A stretch of 64,000 nt of DNA from Chrysomallon squamiferum (Eukaryota; Animalia; Mollusca). Positions 36,731 through 56,871 of this stretch are shown here, piece after piece; position 1 is the stretch's first letter, and the number at the start of each line of letters is the position of its first letter. Position numbers and translations under genes: made by a program. The notes beneath the pieces are model-generated. The model had not been told where the DNA came from, made no database searches, and worked only from the letters and a program-made list of their open reading frames with translations. The stretch lies in NCBI GenBank assembly GCA_012295275.1, contig CM022667.1, positions 12,772,001 through 12,836,000 on the forward strand, in the 5' to 3' direction.

Positions 36731-37000
36731 TATTATTAGTTGTTGTTGGTATATGTTTTAAAATGTATGGAGTTTGGGGTCAGTCGGTGAAATGTTTCAT
36801 TGCAGTTAAATTATCCGTATTTGCTTTTTTTAAATTTGGGTGATTTGGAATTACATCTATTTTTCTTGAGCTTAAACAATGTCACAAACACATTCACACA
36901 TACATATGTTATGTACTTGTAAACACACAATACATGAAGAAATCAATATGGATTGAGATATATGTTTGTATATCCACACATATCCATATGCATATACTTG

Positions 37001-37076
<76 letters not shown>

Positions 37077-37173
37077 GATAAATTGAAAAACATAATGATA
37101 AAAACAGACGTTTATGCATGCTCTCATTCCTTCACAGGCATGTATATATATATATATATATATAAACACACAC

Positions 37174-37217
<44 letters not shown>

Positions 37218-38690
37218 TTATTATAGGTAGATAAATAATCTAAAAAATGTTTTAATAGTGTCACAAACAAAATGTATGTTATACCTTTGTCCACACTATT
37301 TTTTCTGTTGGCATTAACCAGTTTAAATTTTTATTTATTTATTTATTTATTTAAATCTGTTTATTTATTTATTTTTATTATATATGAATTTTTGCTATGA
37401 GAACCTGTAATAATCAAATTGCTAGAATATTTTTTCCTTGAGGAATAAAATGAATTCTACTGATTTAAGTATTTAAGTTGAATAAGAAATGGAATGGTTT
37501 GCAGTTTCTTTAATGTTAAAAATTTGGTACCACTAATTTTTTTATTATTTTACTAATGTTAACATCCTTTTTATATAAAATAAAATATCATCATCATCAT
37601 CATCATCATCATCTTCATCCTTATGATATTTATAATTAGAGAAACCAATTCTTCTTTAATAAAAACTAGTATTAACCATGTTTGGTTAAGAATTATGATC
37701 AAAATAATTTAAATCAATTGTGTTTTGTTTTTCTAATTTTATTATTATTATTTAAAAGAAAATTCTTTTTGCATCAAATTGATGTAAAACTGTTTGCAAG
37801 AACAACGATTTTTTCTTTCTTTCCCATTTAAAAATTTGTACTGAAATTTGTTTTAAGTGCCACTTAAAATGAGATACCAAATGTAATTTTAAAAAAATAA
37901 TAAAAACTTGATTTTTATTAACATACATTTTTTTTTTTTTTTAAGAGGATACGCTAAAGGTCGTTTTTATTGTCTAAATGTTGTCTGATTATTCAAAGTT
38001 GTAGATTGTTACATTTGTATATCTTTAGAAATCTCATTTGTTAGTTATGCCCCTTTATATTAATGATTTGGAAATCTCATTTGAGTTATATCCCTTTACG
38101 TGTGTTGTCTGAATGTGTTCATTTAAAACTATTTATTTTGTCACTAGTGTAACATTTTCTTCTTATTATAACGTTTTTGTTATATTTTAATTTAAAAGTT
38201 TGTTATATATAATTTCAATATTTTACAAGGAATTAGAAATCTCATTTGACAGTTAACACTGCCTAGCATCCAGCACTACATATAATAAATACTTAGAAAA
38301 AATTGATAATATTTAATTTGAATTTAAAATAAACATTTTGTCAGTAGCATTATATATATATATTTTTTATTATAATTATTTTACATGATTTTATTATCAA
38401 CATTATTCTTAATGTTATATGATGCTAAACAATTATTTATTAAAAAGATATGCTGAATGTTATCTTTAAATGAAACTTTAGTTAATTATATTATTAAAAA
38501 AATAATAATAATAAAAAGAAATTAAGATTTCTTAAGGTTCTTCTAAACTGTGACAAAAATATGTTCTGAACCTCTCTACTTTATAAAATATTTTCTTTTT
38601 TATTTAGTCTGATAAATAAAATAATTAAATAAATAAATAAATAAATGCCGTTTGTTACTGTTTATGAAAAAAAATGTGCAATTTTATTAC

Positions 38691-38742
<52 letters not shown>

Positions 38743-38770
38743 GTCATCATTATTGAGAAAGTATTTTCTA

Positions 38771-38815
<45 letters not shown>

Positions 38816-40135
38816 GTGATCAACACTGAAAAGCAAAACCAGGTATGTTCATACTCTAATGTGATACACCCCAACATAAAACACTCATGACAAAATAAAA
38901 TTATTTCAAATGAAAATTGTTATTTTCTATTTTTTATTTTAACAATCATTAATTAACTTGGTTAATAACCATTATCTGTGAGAGAATTGGTTCTGGCTGA
39001 ACTGAGGTACACCAGGTTACAGGTTCAACCCTCCTAGGTGCAGCCATTGGCATTTTCCTATTCTGTTTCATGCTGACTAACTGGTTGGTTCAGAAAAGAT
39101 TTATTTAATAATGCAGTCAACTCCTTTCTTAATCTTAAGCATACATGGCATCATATATTTAGTTAATGGAACTAAATATGAGAAATGGTCCAAAGAACAG
39201 TCTGAGAAAGGTTGACCACGTACAGTGGATTCTGTCAAAAGTGGCTTTTGATTAATCCAGATTTGTGTGTAAATTGGTACCATTTCAAAGTCATGTTCAG
39301 CTATTGTTAATCTATTATGAACAAAACACTGTCTAATCTCGAAGCTGTCTACTTTGGCATAAGTTCTAGAACAAATGTATGCAGTATTTAGCTTAGTCTT
39401 CTGGAACACAATTTGGCAAGTACAATTTCTTAAACAATGATGGCAGTTTGCATCTGATTAGGCAATCAAGATGAAGTGATCGTGCTTCTTTGAAGGCTTA
39501 ACAATAAATGATGCCATACTTCTTGTAATTATTCACTCATTCAGATTTAGTTTTAAAAGCGGAAGTCTGCATGAATACGTGTGGCACACATTTTGTGTTG
39601 CTTTATTGATGATGTTAACTGTAACATTTGCAGTAATTCTTATTCCAACTTCATGTCATTTTAATCTTTATAAACTGGTATTATGTCTAAAATGGCATAT
39701 CTCAGTGATCCAAAGTGAATCTGGTTTTGAGAGTGTCCTCTGAATAATGATTACAGTTAATACAGATGGGAAATAGCTCAAGGAAGAATGGATCTTTACT
39801 ATACATGATTAAGAGTAATACAGACGGGGAAATAGTTGAATGACTGGTCGAAGAAGGGTTAACCATGTGTCTGATAAAGAATAATACGGACAGTAAATAG
39901 TTCAATGAATGGTCCAAGAAAAAGCTGGTCATCATTATAAGGATAATACAGATGGAACACAGACTATCATGTGTAAGGTTAATGATAAAACACAGATAAA
40001 GAAGGTTTGATCTGCTGACAAGTCACACCTGCCTGAACATTTTAAAACAAAAAATTCATACAGATCAATAATTTTATTGGGTATTTGTATAAAATAAATT
40101 GTCTGCATCTTATATGAATACTCCATTATATGATA

Positions 40136-40167
<32 letters not shown>

Positions 40168-41527
40168 CAAAAACCAATGTATGTGTTAAATTTACATAAA
40201 ATTATTATATGAACAAAGTAAAAATAACTAAAACAGTTACAAAGAAATCAACAAACATTTGCACCAGGTTATTGAGTAGGTTACTCATGATTATTTTAGA
40301 ATATCCATAAAAAGTTATAAAATGTTAAAAGAAAAAAAAAAGAAGACAAAAAATCTCTGATTGAATATGAGTTTACATATAAAAATAAACAAATGTATAA
40401 ATATTTACAACAGATAAAAATAATATCTTTAATCATCTCATAGATGAGGGAGAAAAACTTTTTCAGTTAAATATTTTTACAATCTATATTTATTAATATT
40501 ATATTTAACAATATAAATATTTTATTTAACAACACCTCAAACAGTATTAAAATAATATATATATATATATATATATTTTTTTTATTTTAATATGAGATTA
40601 GAAAGAAGAAATCCTATGCCAACAGTTGAATTTCAATTCCATGAGGTATTATACATTTCTTATGAAACTGACTAACAACAACTACTTCAGAGAAGTCACA
40701 CAATAACAGTGCAGGATGCAATGAAATAGTAAAAAGATAACAATTCTGTTGATAAGTCGTTGATTTTCAGAGTTATACCTCATCCAACAGACACCAACAC
40801 CACAAAGAGGTGCATGGGAATAACAGATTAATTAACTGGCAGTAATATAGATTAAGTCTACTATGGCTGTTATTGACTAGGCACTGAATAAGTTGTTACG
40901 TGTTTGTCTGATAATTTTTTCTGTTGAAATGTGTTAAATGCTGAAAAGACTGAAATAAAAAAGAAAATAAAAGAAAATGTTTAAAAAAAAAAAAAAAAAA
41001 CCCACAAAAAACCCCATACAAACCCAAAACACCTGAATAAATAACTAAATAAATAAATAATATAAAATAAAAGTAATTTGTAAATATAAAATATTTTTAT
41101 ATATTCCATGGTAAAACAATAACCACTGAGAATTAAAACCACATTTTAAGCTTGAACATTTTAGTTAGTGTGCTCATTTGAGTTCATGACTGTTTAATGT
41201 AACACTTGATGTTTACAAAGAAAATTAAAAAATATTATTTGCTTATTACTTATAAATATTCCATATTAATTTTGTTTAGGACTGAACTTAGTTTCTTAAC
41301 TGCAATTTATAGGTTCTTAAAGAAAATTAACATTTAAACAGTACATCATAATCATTTTTTGCAAACTGACTGTTAGATGTTAACTGCAAAACATAGGCTT
41401 AATAAAATCTTTTTAAATTACTTAATCAATATATCATAATTTTATTTTTAAAATTTGTATGCAAGATACATATTTATCAAAAGAGTAGAAAAATATATAT
41501 AAGAAGGAAACATAATTAAATGTATAA

Positions 41528-41558
<31 letters not shown>

Positions 41559-42289
41559 TTAAAAATAATAAATAAATAAATAAAAAAAAAAATACTAAGA
41601 AAAGATGTAAACTAGTACTAAACAAAATGTTAAAAAAAACAAAAAAACAACAACAAAGCAACAAATGAATGGCAAACTGACTGAAATATAAAATAAGGTC
41701 TTATCAAGATCTTTAAAATTCAATTGTAAAACATAAACAAACCAAAAAAACCAAATGTAAATAAATTAAAAATAATAAAAACTTGAATTGCTGTGCTGGC
41801 TGAGTAGTTAAAATACTGATTTACAAGAAAATGTGTGCATATCTCTACAAATGATATTATATAAATAAAAAATAAAGCAAAACAATATAATAATAATAAC
41901 AACAATAACAACAACAAAACTATTACAGGTTATTTGTATAAACTAAATATTCTAAAAAGGTTACATTTACCACTGAATAAATGTTTAACCTACAATATGT
42001 TGATTACTATTACATAACTATAATTGAGATATAATGAATATACGAGTCAAAAATGCTAATACAATAGAAATGTGGTTGTAAAATGATTTGTTTGTAGTAA
42101 AAAAAAAACCCACCTAACAAATGCTGGTTTTCATAGATGGTCTATGAAGTTCAATCAATGAATAATTACATTAAATTAATCACAAGAACATTGTAATCAT
42201 ATTAATTACTAGGCTGATATTTTCCAGTATTTAATATATATAAAATATATTAAAAATATATATATGTACTTTAAATATAATTATATTAA

Positions 42290-42449
42290 CCCTTTCAGAA
42301 CCAAATTGTGGTGCAACACATACTTCCCAGTCCTAGATATCTTTTGGAAAATTATCTTACTGTATATAAAAACATGGCATTATGCCAAGATACCACTGTC
42401 ATGACCTCATCTAGCATGTCAAGATATCCCATGAATGGCAGCAAAAGGG
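42290..42449. mobile_element. Short piggyBac-type non-autonomous element (MITE)
   Basis: TTAA (42286-42289) | CCCTTT ... AAAGGG | TTAA (42450-42453): a TTAA target duplication with CCC/GGG termini. The TIR match is only 6 bp. Confidence 0.55.
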
Positions 42450-42704
42450 TTAACATGGTTGGCAGAATTTGATTATCAGTGTATTTGTATGCATATATCT
42501 ATGCTTATTTCTATAATTGAATGTATGTATATATGTATATATGTTTGTATGATGTGTGCATATGTGTAGGTATATAGGTATGTGCATACACAATTGCTTG
42601 AAATAACATTTTTAATTATTAAAGATAAATTAGTTCTGAATATGAATGATGAAAAAAAAAAAATCAGTAACAAAATGGCTGAAGCAAAACAAATGAAAAA
42701 CAAA

Positions 42705-51032
<8,328 letters not shown>

Positions 51033-51859
51033 GGAGAAATATCTCTACAATAATAAATATATTCTGATAAAACATTTTTGATAAAAAGAATGAGTTTTCT
51101 TCAGTATTTTTAAATCCAATTAAAACATTCAATAACAAGGGACATAGTCATGAAGAAATCTGCCAAAAAAAAAAAAAAATAAATAATAAATAAATTACTA
51201 AAATATTTACATTGAATGTAGTTTAACAATGTATGCAAAAATCATTAATTAGTTACATTCTCTAACAAAATTTCACAATTTACAGTTAACTGAAAGCATT
51301 ATAATTTGTCATCCAGCATAATCTGGATTTATGAACAGAACAGTTGACATGGCTGAAACATTTTATTTTCAAAGGGTTTCTGTCATAAAGGTGCAGGCTT
51401 GTTTTAGATGTTATCAGGAGCAATGTTGCTGAAAAATGTAACCCTCAAGTGAATTCCAATTTTTGATAAATATGTAAAATATTCCAATAAAGCTGACCAA
51501 AACTGGAGAATGAGTTTCCATCATTCACCAGCCAACCTTGTAAATAAATAATGAAAATTTAAAAAATGTTGCTAAAATGAGTTTTCTTTTTCCAATATAT
51601 TATATAATTGTCTCACATACAAACATGCATGTATAATATATATGCGCGCATTTTGTCACGCGAACAATTCTTTTAAAACCCATGATTTGTTGAATGAAGC
51701 AGATAAAACTAATTAAGTTAATTATTAAAGAAAAAAAACAAAAAGGGTGTCGTCTGTCTTTTCACAAAATGATAAATTTTGAGATTTACGACGTTCAGAA
51801 ATTTACCAAATACTGATCAGCTAAGCAGTTTTATATTCCATCAATGTCACTGATACAGT

Positions 51860-52060
51860 TAAATAAATCAGGAAGTGTCAGGTGACACAAATCTATTTTG
51901 TTTACAGCGATCACATTAATATCACAACAAAAAGAGAAAACGATATGGATTACAAAGAATACCTCGTTTACATTTGATAGCGCTTTGAGTATACAAACTA
52001 CATAGGGAAAATTTGAACATGGCGAGCTTCTACGCTATGAGACCCCGCATAACGATAGCA
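51860..52060 (-). promoter_or_regulatory. Probable copine promoter and non-coding first exon
   Basis: CpG-rich patch; minus-strand donor GAG|GTATTC at 51963/51962 pairs with the acceptor at 51045-51046; YY1-like AACATGGCG at 52016-52024. Confidence 0.45.
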
Positions 52061-52935
52061 AAATGGTTACAAAGAGATTCAAAAACTCAGCAGTTCAGTT
52101 TCAAATATTCATAAAGTGTAAAATTATTTCTTTCATGAAATTTATTACATTAAATACAAATTTTACATTAACTTTCAAAAGCAGACATGAAAATAAACCA
52201 GCCTTTACATCGCCGCTTGTAAAACAGAAAATGCCTGTTTATTCAACTTTCGTTAAGAAGATGTAGTCAGCACTTTTGCATCATAACTAATTATCATATA
52301 TTGTAAATTTAAAAAAGAAATAAAAAATGTATGCCTGCTAAATTAAAATAATCTAACAAATAATTTGTATAAACTATAGATGGATCCACAAAATTCGGAA
52401 GATCAGTACTATTACCTTTGATCAGAGGATCAGTACTCGGGATATTTGCTTTAGCACATTTTTCCAATTCCAGGCAGAGTTCCACAACTGCTGGTTTATA
52501 AAAGGACTCAGATGTATGTTATCTTCTGTGCAAATGTATGTTCTTTTCTGTATGCATGTCTGTGCGCGCCCAAATGCATTTACGTATGTTTATAGCAAAT
52601 AACTTTTAATGTTAAATTCTTAAGTGATTAACTCTTATATTATAAATGTAGAGAGAACTAATAACTTAGTTAAATACATAAAATATATATACATATATAT
52701 ATTTGAGGGCTGAGGTGTTGATAAATATGTTTATGTATTTTTCAGTACATTATTTATTCATTTCTTCATTTTTATTTCTTTATCTGTTACATTTGTTTTC
52801 TTCTTTTTATTTTTATTTTTTTACTATAATTAATATTTTCAGTTAGGGAGTGACGTTCTTGAGGACTGTGTAATTAACTTAAATGTACAGCACTGCTTAA
52901 GTAAAATACAATCACACATATATGGTTTTCAAATT

Positions 52936-52980
<45 letters not shown>

Positions 52981-53166
52981 GTTATTGTTATTGTTATTGT
53001 TATTGTTATTGTTATTTAATGCCATTATTGTTTGGACAATCATTATTTAGAAAGCCACAGTCACGTGTTTGGACAATCATCTAATATTAACATCACTACA
53101 GTTACTGTGTTTCAAACATAATTGTTTAAAATACACTTTTTGTACATCAGAAAATAGCACAACTGT

Positions 53167-53213
<47 letters not shown>

Positions 53214-54251
53214 GAAACAGAGAAAGGGAGATAAACAAAAGCTTCTTATAAACTGACAGATCTTCAAACAATATTTTGGCAATTGCACTTCCAGAAATAT
53301 GTGATGCCAGTCTTTCTCCATTTTCACTGACCAACACTGGTGCCAAGGACCATACCTCTAACTCCCGTCAGAAAACAATTTCTTCCTTGGTTGTGTAAGA
53401 TAATGAAAATAAGATCTGAACATTTTAAAGCAAGAAAAAAAAAAAAAAAAAAAAAAAAAAATTAAAAAAAAAAAAAAAAATAATGAACGTTATTGAATGT
53501 TTTAACATACAAATGTCAGAGAAGAACGTCCTAATTCAAGTTAGCTTTGTAATGAACAAAAATCAAAACAGTAGTCAAGAATGAAACTAGCTAGCCATCA
53601 GACCTAGCGAAGAACATCGGAAGAATAAACGGAAACATAAATAAATCATTCATGTTACTGTGTGCATTTTTGTAACACATTTGATTTACAAATCGAAAAC
53701 AGTGAAAATAATTTTCATTTAAAAAACCCCATCATAATAAGTTATAACTACTTCACTATCTTCGTGCGAAAATGTAGCAAAGAACAACCGTTACACAGGA
53801 CGATCAACCAAGGCGTCCACCATGGCTAAAGTGTTTCCGTAATTTCCTTCTTTATTCACGAGCCTCCAGCGCACTCTTTCGTTTAAATGGGATTCTACGA
53901 TGGATTAAATCCACCCCGTAAGTCAGGTTAATTAAAGAATGTTAACCAATTCAGTTCAATAACATTGGTAGAAACACCAGACTGATGTAAGTACATTGCT
54001 CCATGGTGTTGAACTCCATAACTACAGTGATTTTTAAGTAAACCTGTTAAGTTTGGATTTGTACACAGATAATTAGAGATGAAACCCACTGTTATCAAGC
54101 GTTGGACGTACAAGGCTTTTCAGTTATCAACAACCTAACGTTTCTAATAACTTCCCGTATGCAGATATACTACGAGAAAAACTTTCAATGGACATATTTA
54201 ATGTCACTCTTTCTGCTTTAGACATTCTTTGCCATTACTGTCACTACAAAT

Positions 54252-54311
<60 letters not shown>

Positions 54312-55143
54312 GCTAAAGTATGATTTACAACATGCAAGTAAATAGCCGGTTATGACTTTATTTATTATAACTGAATTCATTTTGAGAATTGAGAGGTTTC
54401 TATTTATTTATTTACCTGCTTACTTACCTATGCTGCAAGTCGTCGTATTGCACAAATCGATAAAATATTTGACATAGATTTTTATCTTTTATGTATCACT
54501 AAACATTTCATTACAAACCCAAAAAAAAAAAAAAAAGAGAGAAAAAAAGAGAAGACTATAATGAAAAGAATATAATCATAAAAGAAAATGCACCCTCACA
54601 AAACCGCATACAAAGCTGTTTTGACAAAACTGTATACATAAGTGGATCGTGAAGTGAACTTCCTAGTACAAAACATTACGTTATGGCAAAACTGTATACA
54701 TGAATGAATCGTGAAGAAACATACACGAAGAAAAATAACCACGAATAATTCTGGTGGAAATATTAGAAGCGGACGTGGTTGTGACTGTTTGGAGAAAAAG
54801 CACTTTTAAAAAAAAATCGTTTAGTGTTTAAAATGTAAGTTTCTGCTGCTTTTCTTTTTTTATAAAATGTTTACATTTTTCTCTGTTATATTATTTTTTA
54901 TTTAGATTCTTACCTTTCAGCTTATTCGTATCATTTTATTTTTTAATTTACTTTTTTCATTTTTAATTTTTTTTTTATTATATTATTATTATTATTATTA
55001 TTATATCATTATTATTATTTATTTATTTATTTATGAATATATGTGTGTATGTATGTATGAATGAATGTATGTATGTATTTATTTTAATTGCTTTTTCTTT
55101 TTGTCATCTTTTTTCTTCTTCTTCGTGACTTTTTCTTTTTTGC

Positions 55144-55174
<31 letters not shown>

Positions 55175-55582
55175 GTTTACTTATTTAGTTATTTCCTTTC
55201 ACTGTTAATATATACAGATAGTATTATATGATATCCTCTTAACTGTCCATCATACTTACATAAATACACATATACATCCATACGTATATTCATACATATA
55301 TAGATACACATACATATAAATATCTGGATACATATATACATGCATACATTTGTATATATATACTCATGCTCGCAAACGCCATACAGACATAAACAGACAC
55401 ACAAATAGACTCCAACATGCATGTAATCATACACACAGACAGAAACAGAGCCATATTAATACGATACGCATTCACACTTCATCATCACTACATCACTCTA
55501 CATATTATGATTTCTAGTGATTTTCATACTGAAAGTTATTTGTAATCTTTACAGAGAAGCTAAAAGCTTTCTTTTTTTCACC

Positions 55583-55809
55583 ATGACATCATATAACACC
55601 TATACGCTATCAGAAAGCCAGGATGAAGAGGATGAAAATCTTTATTCTGTTATTCTGGAGACGAACACTGAAAGCCTAACTGAAAAAGACAGTACTGAGA
55701 ATGATTCACCCTATGCAACATACACTGTTATAATGAGTAATGTAAGTAGTACGTAAACCTGAGTGGACTTACTTACGTTCCTCCACACACACACACACAC
55801 ACACCCACT

Positions 55810-55867
<58 letters not shown>

Positions 55868-56785
55868 CTCTCTCTGTCTCAGTCTTTATTTTAACTAATA
55901 CCTGCTTGCAGTCAGTCGTAAAATTATAAGAAATCCAAGTAAATAATTATTAGATAAATTTCATGTTTTAAAGTTGTTGCTTGTTTTTTTTATCTGACTA
56001 GTCATCTATATAGCCTTTTGGACACAAGTGGAGAGTTCTTATGTTTCCACCAGCACTCAACTGTATCAAATTTCATATATGACAAAACCTTCGTCCTATA
56101 CTTTTTCATCTTTTGTGCAGGTGGTAATTTTACAATGAAAACCGTTCGGCCATCAAGATATTCAGTCAATTTGCAAATTTGTTTTTGTTTATAATACATC
56201 AACAGTAGCAAAATGAAACGTTTGCATAATAGTGGTTCTAAATCTACATATGTATGTATATGCAAGTACGTTTGTGTGCACGCCTGTATTATGTATCTAT
56301 CTGGCTGTCTGTTTGTCTCTCTGTCTCTCTGTCTATCTGTGTATCTCTACATCTATCTAACCGTCTATTTCAGCCTGCAAGGAGTGTATGTAGCTGGTTT
56401 TCGTGGAAGCGTTTCTGTGTAGGTGTTCTTTTATGTTTCGCCATCGCCACCGTTGTGACCATCAGTGTGTTGGTGACGTTGTACGTTAAACCAGAGAGTA
56501 AGTTAAGAGAAAACTTTCTTCTTTTTTTAAAATAAATTATTAGGATTTCAATTTCGAGAGAAAAACCCCCAGAAAAGTTATAAAGTCTAAGTGCGAGGAT
56601 GATTAGGTAAATGTATATCGTAAGCATTGAAACACATGAGCAGGCACGCGCACTCTTGTGTGTATGGGTTATCGTGTGCGAGGGATTTAATGAATCTATA
56701 TTTTTATAGACAATGTAGATTAAAAGAGATAGGCGATAGACAGACAGACAGACAGACAGTAGGCAGGTACGTAAATGGGAAACTG

Positions 56786-56871
<86 letters not shown>

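Noticed and set aside
38985-39050. tRNA-like B-box (ggttcaaccc)
   Set aside because: No cloverleaf can be folded; at most a decayed SINE head.
39101-39720. 102-aa minus-strand ORF and a faint Tc1-like LQEVWHH fragment
   Set aside because: No ATG start or splice support and no convincing motif; too degraded to call.
53360-53380. In-frame TGA in the orphan exon-like segment read as selenocysteine
   Set aside because: No redox motif context, no recognisable selenoprotein family and no SECIS identified.
54085-54125. KSLVRPTL on the minus strand, resembling the LINE RT C-terminal KSLVRP.LEY motif
   Set aside because: The match is short, flanked by stops, and not preserved in the duplicate (KRVVRPAL).
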